NCBI GenBank assembly: GCA_011109175.1
Contig: RDEW01000032.1
Coordinates: 238,749-302,748 of the forward strand
Source of the DNA: Dicyema japonicum
Lineage: Eukaryota > Animalia > Dicyemida
DNA length: 64,000 nucleotides
Direction of reading: 5' to 3'
Shown: positions 13,601 through 24,900 of the stretch, piece after piece
How positions within the stretch are numbered: the first letter of the stretch is position 1
How the letters are laid out: each line of letters begins with the position of its first letter
Position numbers and translations under genes: made by a program
The notes under the pieces: generated by a model
Database searches by the model: none
Told to the model about the DNA's origin: nothing
The model's input: only the letters and a program-made list of their open reading frames with translations

Positions 13601-14953
13601 TTACAAATGGGATCTTTTTAACGAGTCTCCTTCGGATTAGAACCCACCGCTGCAATCCGATGTCATCAGACTTTACGTTCACCAAAACCTTTATTTTGGC
13701 AGGACACATGTCTTATTCTAAGAGCAAATGGACAGTCGTTAATCAACAGTAAGAAAGGGACCAAGGCATCAGGATATTTTAAACTTTTTTATTTTAGGTT
13801 GAATGCGAATTCCTAGCAGGTTACGAATGACTCGTCAATACATAAGACTGTCGATGCATGAAACCTTCAGCTCAGTACAGTTAAAGTCCTCATCTCTTTA
13901 TTGTGATATAACCTCTCGTCCCAAAGGAAACATCAGACGCACCAATGTCTGGTTCGAATCTCATTCGCCCCAAAACGGAGTTGCTTTGAAAAGTCTGCTT
14001 TGAGGAGAAATAAGGGAATTATTAGTCACAAATATGAAGAAACAAACTTTCTACCAAACAATTATAATACGGTTTGCTTGTTAGTGCAAAAAAGGATCAA
14101 CGACTTTAGGAAGACATGTTTGATTTCTTTATCGGTCAGCATCACAATACAACTTTAATCCGAAAGAGGTAGTTTGGCACTGTCATGTATCTACCACTAG
14201 GCAAACTATTTCGTAGTTGCTTGGTAGAGGAGAAAGGTTGTGTCTGCTCACTACGAATGCTGAGTTTACCTCGCAGAGACCAACATGAAAACCAACTTCC
14301 ATTGCTACAAAATTGAAGATAAAGGCTTGTATCATAGTGAAGCTAAGAAGACATTCTGACAATAGAGGTACGTCACCGCCTCAACCATCCGACAAATTAA
14401 CTGTCTACAAGATTCCGATAAGAAATGTCTATAAATTTATTTTTTAACAAAAAAAGTTGAGAAACTTATTTTCGATAAATTTAAATTTTTATTTTTCTAA
14501 AAAAATTTAAAAACCACACAAAAATCAATTTCTATTGTAGTGGTGCTGAAAGAATTTTAGCGTGGAACATTTAATAAGAATTCCTCAAATGGAAACTCAG
14601 CTACAATTCAAATTTGTACCACACGAGATTCGAATCCAGACATTTGCTGAAACCCGATATTATGAACAATAGAAGCGTCGGATGCACATTGGACCCATCA
14701 GCGAATCTCGTGCATTTAAAAATTGGAAAAAATGAGAATTATCTATGATTAGTTGCATACGGGATGATGGTGGAAACGGACATTCATCCCCGGAGCATAT
14801 CTCCCTTGCAGACATTAAAGGGAATTGTCATGAGTCAGGACCACAGGTTTTTTTATTACTGACAATTACCACACAGACTGGTTAAAATGTCATGGATACT
14901 GCCACATAAATTTTCGGATATAAATACAGCGAATTAACTCGAATGGAAAAATA

Positions 14954-15205
14954 ATGCGATTTGTAGTATTTTTTGGTATATTAAATATTTCATGCTTAGT
15001 CCTCTTTGCTCTTCTTTTGACCTTCACAGCCCAGGCTGATTCTTCTGTATTAATGAAACTATAATATATTAGACTAATGCTACCACCAATGCTACTACGG
15101 TAGCTCCAAATGGACTGACTAGTGGAATTCTTGCAAAATGTAGTTTACTGTAAACATGTAGATGTGATCCCAAGTACTCTACTTGGATACTTGCTCTTTA
15201 ACTAA
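14954..15205 (+). CDS. 59-aa secreted, probably GPI-anchored micro-glycoprotein (CD52/CD24-like architecture, not homology)
   Basis: Exons 14954-14975, 15000-15046, 15073-15139 and 15162-15205 with GT-AG introns of 24, 26 and 22 nt give MRFVVFFVLFALLLTFTAQADSSTNATTNATTVAPNGLTSGILAKYVIPSTLLGYLLFN*. The frame stays open across two frame-shifting introns; it has a signal peptide, two N-A-T sequons and a hydrophobic C-terminus. Confidence 0.8.
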
Positions 15206-15779
15206 CAAGCTTGTCACATTTGGGTTCGTTATAAACTAATATTTTGACTTGTTATTTTTTTTACAATTCGAATATTTAAGTGAATTTTGTTTTTGGTTAC
15301 TTTAAGTCTTTCGGTGTTTTCCCCTCCACCCCACTGAGCGGTTCCTACACGGTGGACAGTGCCGCGGTTCATCTGTCTTGAAGATGCGAGTATAAAATTA
15401 GTTTAGAGCCCAGACAGTCAAAGTAGGTGACTTTTATGTGATATTTTGCGATTTTTAAATTACTAGTGACACTAATGAGCGTCCAATTGGGGACCCGCCA
15501 TTTGCCGAAAACTACTAATTTCACTAATTTTCTGAAAAAACTACGTATTTTAATTCTAAGTCGACAGTAACTCGGTTTATTCAATTATTTTCAATATTTC
15601 TAACAATGTTGTAAATAATTGACAGTGAAACAAAAACAACAACAAAAACCTACTTCAAAAATCTGACACATTTTTAACTTCCATCATATTTTCAAACGGT
15701 GTTCTGTGAAACAATTTCGTGTGTGCAGACACCTCTAGAAAAATTACGATTACTGTGGCGCAAAAATAATTTTTTTGAA

Positions 15780-15950
15780 AACCTCTCCCCTAACCTTAAA
15801 AATAACCCGAAAGATTTATTCATGAACCCTTTCCTAAACCCTAATTTAAAATTCTACGACATTTTCAGGCCGACAGAAACCTTAACCAAAACCTTAAACG
15901 TAATCACTGCCCCAACCTAACGCATCAACCTAATCTTAACCGTAACTGTC
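15780..15950. repeat. Degenerate CCTAA/CCCTAA-rich tract inside an unclassified repeat
   Basis: Multiple imperfect (A)ACCCTAA/AACCTAA units; TTAATTTAAAATTCTACGACATTTTCA at about 15842 recurs at about 62905; a roughly 25-nt direct repeat (TTTTCTTAGTGATTCTTCGTT) follows at about 15974 and 16029. Confidence 0.45.
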
Positions 15951-16099
15951 TCCTCGGGAAACGACAATTAAACTTTTCTTAGTGATTCTTCGTTTCACAA
16001 CAAACATTTTTTTTAACGACAACTAAAATTTTCTTAGTGATTCTTCGTTCCGTTGCTATCTGAGAGACAACATGCTTCAATTATTTTTTATTTATAGTT

Positions 16100-16760
16100 C
16101 GCGGTTACTTAACAAAGGAAAAATTCCTTTTCTAGAAGCTATTGAATTTTCTTGTCTTTTCCTGTACCAGTTTGATCAATCTGTTGTTTGATTGACAATT
16201 TAAACTTGGGATGTCTCTTCAAAGACTGTTAATCATTTTACTTCAGTATTCATCACTTGAAACCAATAAATCTCGAAATCCACTGAGTTGCAGATTTAAA
16301 TGATGAACGTATATTGGTGGAGGAATTCGAGCAAAGATGGACAGTCCTTGTAGTTATAGGAACAGATTTTTTATGTATCTTAAACTGGGAGTACGTGAGA
16401 AAGGTGAATGATAAAACGGTACTCTGGTAGAACAATGTAAGGAATGGAGGAAACGACGGGAAACTTGCGACCAAGTAGTAAGTGGAGGGGATCACACCCA
16501 AGTTCACTGCTGTATGACCTCCTTGCCACTAAGCAGGCATGTTTCTTGGTATAGAATTAGCCAGTACATCAAATGGGGGACATTCAGTTATTGGAGCAAT
16601 TTGTTCAGTATATTTGGAATTTATTAGTTTTCTTAGAAAGCCATTTTCATTCCAATTTGTAGCTTTCTGATAGAGTAGGCTCAACAACTTTATTTAAACA
16701 ATCAATTCGAGGACCATACGGCTGCAACCCTAACGGTCTGGGTATACTCTCTTCAGGATT
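16100..16760 (-). mobile_element. Possible Penelope-like RT remnant
   Basis: Minus-strand fragments FDVLANSIP and NWYRK resemble PLE RT motifs (FDVxSLFTNIP, xWYRKPT); heavily degraded. Confidence 0.3.
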
Positions 16761-16989
16761 GGCAGTGAGATTCGCTCAAATAGTCACCATCGCTCGCAGA
16801 GATCGTCTCGAAATCTGATTCCTTAGTCGACCCAGGAAAGCGAGAGTCGAAGTCACAAAGGTACCGGACGTTTGTATTTCCAGTGGAAAGAACAAAACAT
16901 CGACGGTTTTGGTCTTTCGGTTTTCTCTCGACCGACAGGTTCTCGAGGCACTTCTAGCTGTTTTATTTATATCAGCTGATAAAGGATAA

Positions 16990-17960
16990 TATATCTGATT
17001 TCCTACAATTTATTTAAAATTTCAACGTGTAAGAAATCTGGGGTTTCTGAGAGGAGGATATTACGGGTTTTTCTTCCAACCGATTTCTGTAGAAACAACT
17101 AAAGTGCTTAACCCAGCATATAGAATTCGTCGAATCAATGGGCTGATTTACAGCTAAAATGCATTGGCTTAGGATCATGAGGAGTAATCCATTCACCATG
17201 GACGATGCATTACAAGACTGGGTGCGCCTACTCAGTTTTGCGCCTCATGCTTTTGAACTTGATCGAGATGATCACGGAAAGGTGTTTCTCGCTGACCAAC
17301 ATTCGTTTTTTTATGAGAGGTACCCAAATCTCCAGTTTCCCATATCTTTAAGCATACGCGGGAGACACATAGTAAAACATGAAGTAGAAGTTCTCCGTCA
17401 TAAAAATATGTTTACTCTAAGTTAATCGAAGGTAGTACCCGGGCAGCCATCTGGGCACTTTTCTCAAGTGGAACACGAAAACCACAAGTCCATCCTAGCC
17501 CTAACGAATTACTTCAAAGGTATTCAGATAGTTTTGTCTAAACAGTGGTGATTTCCACATCACTATTTACTTGGTCGAAGGATTCCTTTCTGCTCTTTGT
17601 CAGTCCATACTAACCTTAGGAAGCAAATGGACCCCACAATATCCGTACAGGTAACAGAGAAGATCCTGGTTATCTTATCATTTATTTCAGCTGATATAAA
17701 GGACCACATTCGAACTGGAAATTTTTACTACGATCCTACACACGTTCTTGGAAAGGGCTCTAATAGAACAGTGCGGCGGATGTGTTTTCCTGGGTTGTGT
17801 GTTCTACTATTCCCTGACAGGTGGAGAACATCTTTTCGGGGATTCCTTTAATAGACAGGCTCATATTATGGAGGAAGTTGATATTTTGACAAACTCAGTG
17901 CTGAACGTGATTTTTGTTAGGTATTTAGATGATAATGCTGCAATCTCTAATTCGTAAGAT
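16990..17960 (+). pseudogene. Scrambled fragments of an IRE1-like kinase/RNase gene
   Basis: FYYDPTHVLGKGSNRTV (kinase Gly-loop) and GCVFYYSLTGGEHLFGDSFNRQAHIM (IRE1-type subdomain IX-X, cf. GCVFYYVISxGxHPFGxxxxRQANI); SFFYERYPNL resembles the RNase-domain FTSRFPxL; pieces are short and out of order. Confidence 0.6.
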
Positions 17961-18010
17961 AGTTAACACAATCGTAGACTATACAACTAACCTTTGTGCC
18001 TGGACTAGAC

Positions 18011-20233
18011 CCGTGATTCTCAACCGTGGTGCATGTGCACCATTTTTGGTACATGAATAATACTCGAATGGTGCATGGAAAAAAATTGGTACATGGTATT
18101 ATTTTTTAAATATTTTTTATTATCAGTAATTAGTTCATTACGATGGTTAACCATTATCATTTGATACTTATAAATACTCGTGTCAATCACATGTCTGGTG
18201 GTAATTCTCGTACTCTTCGGATTTATCGTAAAGATTGTCTGAAATATGGATTTATCCCTTCCAGTGGATACAATTCTAAGCCTTTTTGTATAATCTGCAA
18301 AAATTCTTTTGCCAATAGTTTCATGAAATTGTCAAGATTAACACACCATTTGAGGACTAGACATCCAAATCTAATCGGATCTTCGCTTGAATATTTTCAA
18401 AATATAAAAAACAAGATTGATGAACCTACTACCCTTCAAAAGTTAATCGCTCATCATGCTCTTGCACGAAAAAGTATTCATTTTAACCTATTTCATAGAT
18501 GTGTTACTTGCATCCTACAAAATTGCCCACATTGTTGCTAAAAATAATGCTACCCATGTTTCGGGTGAATCGTTAATAATACCTTTTATCGCAGTTGTTT
18601 TACAAGATATGTTGGGACATAATCTATCTGAAATTTTACAAGTAGTGCGACCATTTTGATGTTCCTAGAATTTACATTTGAGTAATGATACGATTCGTCG
18701 CCGAATTGACGAAATGGCTGAAAGCGTCGAGGATTCCTAAAAAATATACTTAGAAAAACTGTTTTTCCTTGCAGATTGACGAATGTCTGTTATGTGATAA
18801 TAAATCTATATTAATGGCCTATGTTAGGTAGGTATTTTAAATAATATTTTGCTTAGATTTTTTGACAAACAAGTAGTTTTTTGTGAAGAGGTTTTGTTTA
18901 TCAGACCTTTGATAACAGACTCTACCGGAGAGTCAATTTTTAATGTATTGAAAACTTATTTTGAAGAAAAAAAATTCCATTTTCCAATTTAATCACATGT
19001 GCTACGGACGGTGCAATAGTCATGGTTGGCAAGTACAAAGGATTTGCGTCTTTTTTGAAACAAAAATGTCAGAATTTAATTCATATTCATTGCGTATTAC
19101 ACCGCCATCATCTGGTTTCAAAAAAAATCTTCGCTTTTTTAAATCAAGTGCTGAATCTCGTCATAAAAACGATCAATCGAATTAAAACAAGTCCAAAATC
19201 TGATAGGATCTTTAGGAAATTTTGTATAGATAGGAATGAAGATTATTTAAGACTCTTGTATCATACTAAGTTTATTTTAGAGTTTTTTATATTCTTTAGG
19301 TTCGCTGGTTGTCCAAAGGCACTGCTTTACAAAGATTTGTAAACTTTTTACCAGCTATTTTGGACTTTCTTGAATCGGAAAAAGAAGAGGAATTAGCAAG
19401 ATCGATTTCAGAAAATGAGAAATATATCTATTATTTAAATTGGATTTTTGATAAATTGAATGAAATTTCCTTGAAATTGCAGAGAAATTTTGTAACTATG
19501 TTTGACGTCAGAGTTACAATAATTACATTTTGTGAAAAGTTAAAGGATTATAGACATAACATTCAGGAGAATACGATTTTCTATATCCAGTATGTGAAGC
19601 ATTTAATCAATTTGATATAAAAATTTTTGTTGACCATCTAATTAATTTGGAAAAGGAAATGACAATCAGATTTGAAGACGTGATTAATATGGAAATACCA
19701 AGATGGATGATAAATCCTTTTTTGACTAGCACTGTAGAGGTGCAAATGGATTTGCAAGATGAATTTATTGGTATTTTTATCATTATTATTTTTATAGAAA
19801 TTAAATATAATTATTCTTACAAGATTTTGTTTGAAAACCAAGATTTGTCTACCTTTTGAAGAAAAAAGGAATTTAAAGACAAATATCCAAAGATTTGGGA
19901 ACAAATAATTAAAATTTTATTATGTTTTCCAACGACATATCTTGTGGAATCAGGATTCAGCGTAGTAAACAGGATATTGAGCGATGAACGTAACAAGCTT
20001 GATATCTGCTCGCAAAAAGATGTCAGATTATTTTCAACACGCTTAGACCCTGATATTCAGAAACTAGTTAAATGCATGAAAACCAAGGCTCTCATTAAAT
20101 AGTTAAAAAAAGATTTTAAGTCCTAAATTTAATTAAAAGAATAAATAAGTCTTTGTTTCTTTGGTACACGAAATAACTTGGTTTGGTACACTGATTTTTT
20201 TTGGTACACCAAAAAAAAGGTTGAGAATCACTG
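18011..20233 (+). mobile_element. hAT transposon, Buster family, complete termini, intron-containing transposase
   Basis: TIRs C(C/A)GTGATTCTCAACC at 18011 and 20233; perfect 8-bp TSD GACTAGAC (18003-18010 and 20234-20241) with central TA. Transposase motifs: KYGFI, FCIIC, LTHHLRTRHP, LSNDTIRRRIDEM, QIDE, CATDGA, HCVLHRHHL, HT-VRWLSKG, FPTTYLVESGFS. One in-frame TGA near 19858 plus several 1-nt deletions. Confidence 0.95.
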
Positions 20234-20339
20234 GACTAGACCATATACACATCCTTTTACTTCTTAATTTTGATGTTTTGAACCTTGTCGTATTAGAGCG
20301 ACGGATATTCCTGTATCTCCATTCTAGGACACTCTTCTA

Positions 20340-20535
20340 TTCTCGAACCAGTTGGTCCTCACAGGCTTGAAGGCTGGACAGGAAACGACTAGATGGGATG
20401 AGCATTTTACCCGTTGAAGCTTGGAAACTATGTCTGGGACGTCACCTGAACCGACAACTTGCCACTTGCAATCTACTCCAGAGTTTTGTTACCCATTATT
20501 TTTTTCACTTGAAGTGACCGGGGTAAATAAATAAT
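20340..20535 (+). mobile_element. CRE-like RLE fragment joined to a shared retroelement 3' tail
   Basis: EPVG...RLDGMSILP...VWDVT-like motifs, then TTCACTTGAAGTGACCGGGGTAAATAAATA. Confidence 0.55.
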
Positions 20536-20879
20536 AAATTCAAGAGAATATATTCAACAATAAAGACTTATCAAATGGATAAGACGATTCCTGAGACGCT
20601 TGATAATAATAGAGGTATATCTTCCCATGATCCCTCTCCGTAGATCACAGCATCAAAATGTCAAAAACAGATAAAAATTAGACGAAGAGCATATATCAAT
20701 AGGATATAAAATTAGCATGCAGCAGGAAAATGACGGTAATCAAAATACAAGGTTTTCATTGAATAATAAAATTTCTTCCAAAAATACAAAATATGAATTT
20801 AATTTTAAAAAATAGTTTAATTTGGCAACGAGTCCACGGTATGGACGGTGACAGTTAATATGAAAATAATACTGGATAT

Positions 20880-21130
20880 CATAAAATGTGCCAGAAATCG
20901 ATTAAAAAATTCATAATATTTGGAAAATCAATAATTCTACATGCGAATAATGGCAAAGAATTTGTGAATGATAAAACTTCCGAATTATGTTTGGACAAAC
21001 GGATTAAACATGTCAGGGATCTGGCAAAGATACCTTGGGTACAAGGCCAAGTAGAAAATTTAGTAAAACAACATTCGATGATGACAAGTTCGTCAATTCA
21101 GGGTACATTCAACTACGTCTCATGCACCCT
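20880..21130 (+). mobile_element. Integrase-core (rve) transposase fragment, KRBA2/SCAND3/Ginger2-like
   Basis: IFGKSIILHANNGKEFVND...PWVQGQVENLVK resembles FGxPxILQSDNGREFxN...PxSQGxVER; the catalytic D is replaced. Confidence 0.65.
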
Positions 21131-21639
21131 TTGAACTTATGTTTGGTGATAAAACAGAGGAAATTTTGGACATGCCTTACTCAGAGAAAGAAATCGACGA
21201 ATTATTCAAAAAAATGGATTCATGTTATGTGGAAGAACAAAATGACGCAAGTGTGTACATTTTTTGGTTTTGGACGGCAAATAGAGTTACAGGGACGTTT
21301 TATAAGTTGTCAAATTGAAGAAATACCACGTGGACAATCTCCCGTGAAAAAATGAGAGAATGTGCCAGGGGAGAAGAAATATGTCAGGAGAGTCGCTTGT
21401 AATATCCTGTTCCAACTACGACGAAAATCGTACGACGACTAAGGCTGTCGAGTTTTTCAATCTCGCGGAGTAAAGATGTTAAGAAAGAGGTTATGGAAAA
21501 TTGACATAACGATTTTTGAATTAACGTTCTGTCCTTGGAGAGAACCCTGTATGGGCAGGCATGCCAGGGGGAGTAACAGTTAGCAATCACTGGCTCCTCT
21601 TGTAGTCGTGAACGCATTGTCTACCAAGACATACGTATT

Positions 21640-21990
21640 TATTTAACTTTAGGGTCTCAGCCTTCTCCGAAGCAAAGCCCGAGTTAGTTGCTGTCGTTGG
21701 AAGGTTGGAGGGAGAGAAGCTATCGACACAAGTAACGTCTAGGAAAGGTATTTACCACTTTCCCATGGAAGAAAATGGTTCTGCCCAGATTTGGTTAGCT
21801 TGAGCAAGTCCAAGCCGCTCCAATTGGACAGGAAACGTATCTCTTAGTGGACAGTTCATTTTGAACCAGTTGCCGTGGAAACGGATCATAGGGAAAAAGT
21901 CACTGGTCCTGCTAAACAGAACCGGCTCATCGCCAGGAAAATAATGATAGGAGAGAAAGGAGCTGGCTCATTGAGTGCATTTCCTTGCAA
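21640..21990 (+). mobile_element. CRE-like RLE endonuclease fragment
   Basis: TTFPWKK...HFEPVAVET; nucleotide similarity to 62430-62520. Confidence 0.6.
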
Positions 21991-24900
21991 TTCGTCAGGG
22001 AAATTCCTCAATTATGAGAGCAGCCAGCATTTGTTAACTGTTAATTTTTGCGTTATATAAAATTGGTTAATTCTCAAAAAAATTAAATTTTCGTACACGT
22101 GCCAGTTCTGTAAGGAGACGGAAACCCGCTTAGCCTGTCCTTTTCCAAGGCAAAAGAAAGTCGATTGGCTATGAAGGTCCCCTCCCCAATGGGATTCATC
22201 TGCAGGGGTAAAAGAAGGCTCTCTCGTACGGAGTGTGAACAATAAGAGACCACAATGTTGGATAAATCGTTTGATTGCGGGAACTGTGATTACTTGACTG
22301 TTTGTTCAGATTTGTTTATTACAGTTGTAGTACCTATCGGGGTTGGTATGAGACAATCTTCGGCGGACGACCTGGACTACTAAGAAAACTAGCGCGAAAC
22401 AGAGGATCATGGTCGAGGCTGACGGAGAGGATGATTTGGAATACGGAAAGGAAACTTAACAAATTTTATGTTTTCTCGGAGTGCTTTTTGATAATAAAAT
22501 GTAGTAGTTTTGAAAAAGCATTAGATTCAGAAATGCTCTCTTTATTAAGTTTTCCTACTCCCTAGAGAAGTTCCATAATGACAGATATGGACGGAAGTGA
22601 TGCTCGAACAAAATGTGTCTTTTTATGACCGTGGGAACCGGGATCATTTACTTAGTTGCCAACTCTCTTTCTTTTTAATCTGGCGATCCCAAAACAATAA
22701 ATATTAAGTTGAAATATGTACTACAATAATATATATATTTTACAATTTTTTAGTACTGAAATTAATAGTTTCCTTGGGATTCAAAAAACGTGTTATTGAG
22801 TGGTTTTTGGTGCATAGAATAGTATTGGTATGCATAATCCCAATCTCTGCATCTCCTAAGTATCATCCCTCTGTATCCCCTGAGTAGCATCTTCATCTGT
22901 TTTTCGAATATCCTGTTCCAACTACGAGGAAAATCGTACCGATATGGCACTGCTCGTCATACCTCTGCATATGAAGGGAGGTACCCATAAGCACGTGAAT
23001 ACTTCGGGTTTCTCTTGCGCAGTGCTCCTTGCTATCCTTTAACTAAGGAGGAATTTGCAAGGTTTGCGGAACTATCGAAAATCTTATTCGAGGTTTCAAA
23101 GACCGCACTAAAGTATCTGGGACTTATCTTCAAAAATAACCCTGTGTTTGTTAATTTCTTGGGGAGACAGTCCGGTAGAAGTCAATTGATGAGCGCTACC
23201 GTTTCGTATTACTTTCCATCACTTAATTAGAACTGTTAATTTATAATAACTTACTTATCTTCTAACTAGTTTTTATATCCCATTTTTCTTTTTATAGGTT
23301 TCCGTATTTCATCAAAGTCATCCGTTTTTTTCAGTTGTTCCCAATTCAGGCATAATCGTGATGCAGACAAGAAAAAGTGCAACAAAAGGCCTTCGTAGCA
23401 CTTTTTTAAATCCAAAATTAATTCTTTTTTTAACTTTTTATTTATTTATTTAAAAATTACAATTTATTTGATGTTGAGATCACACTATGTTTAGAGATAA
23501 TTTAAACCAAAAGCATAGCTCTATTTTTACTCTGTGGCGTCAATCTGGTCATTTTCACGATTGCGTTAGAAGCCGCAGAAATCCGTAAATATCAATAGAA
23601 ACCCACGCCTATTTGATTTCTGCACATAAAGAGCGTCGTGGATACAGTAAAGAGTGGTAACTATTGAGAGCCTTGCTGAATCCTCGCGTGTCTGTTGTGG
23701 AATACCGGGATAACTTGATCAGCGTTTCTCTTTGGGTTAAAGCCAATAAACTAAAGTTTTTCATTTTAACCAATAAATGGCTATTCAGACAGAGAACAAG
23801 CATCTTTTGGAGTGCCTAGAAGGATGCGAATTTCCACTTTATCTTTTGCAAGCTTCAATGCAAGTCCTCAATTACGGTAGTTGATCCACGTGGCTATTTC
23901 TTCAAACTGAAAATTTATAAAGCCGTCTGAAGTAAACAGGTTAGGTAGGAAAGGTTTTTTCATGTTAAATTGACACTGAGCACCGCCACAGCAGGTGAAC
24001 CGCATGATGTAGAGGAACCTTCCAGAAAACGATAATCACTGGTGGATAGTTCGAGGAGAACTTTGAAATTGGTAAAGCTGAGTCACTCAATCAGTTGAAT
24101 TTAACACTTTATTTCTGGGTTGTCTTCAAGATGGCGACGAGTTCTTCTGGCTGAAGGGGATCCTCCTACCTTTTCCATGACCAACTCCCTGGTAAAGATT
24201 CCCAATATGTAGACTCTTCCGCCTAAGAATGAAGTGATGTCTGGCCGATAGGGCGATGCTGAAGATGGTAGAGGGGCGATCTACTTATCCACCTCTATTC
24301 GGAAACAGCTACACGTGGACACTTGGTTAGACGAAAATTTTTATTTTCTAGTTGTTGCCTGCTTACCTTCTATTATTGGAAACTTAAAAATTGAAATAAT
24401 GGCACTACAAACGTTTCCGTGATAGAAACCTGAAAAGTAACTAAAATATAAGCTGACTCCACCCCAATGAGAAGTGGAACTAGTATCCTCATCGGTATTG
24501 ACCTCTTTCGTCGTTTTGGGTCACTTAGCTGATGGCATTCTGTTTTACACTATAACTTTGGGTCAATGAATAAATACTAAAACGTAAGAACTTGTTTTGG
24601 GATACTTTCGTAGCGGGATAAGATAGTTCTGTAGGATGAGTTCAATTTATTATTGATGATCGAATTAAACTCAACTGGGTTACCATTAAGCTTTAAATTT
24701 TAGATTTTTGTTAATATTTCAATATCGTTAAACCATTTGTACAAGTATTCTATAAAATTCAAATTATTTTTTAATTAAATTTAAATTATATAAAAAATAA
24801 TTAAATTAATATTGGGAGGCTGAATCTCCAGGCTGTTTCCTCTGAAAATAGCCATCACTTAATGTCACAAAAGTGATGGAACGTCTAGTGGACAAACAGC

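Noticed and set aside
14610-14650. tRNA gene from GAGATTCGAATCC
   Set aside because: Only a B-box-like palindrome; no cloverleaf or A-box at the correct spacing.
15780-15950. True or interstitial telomere
   Set aside because: The units are highly degenerate and interspersed, and part of the tract recurs at about 62905, which points to a TE-internal motif.
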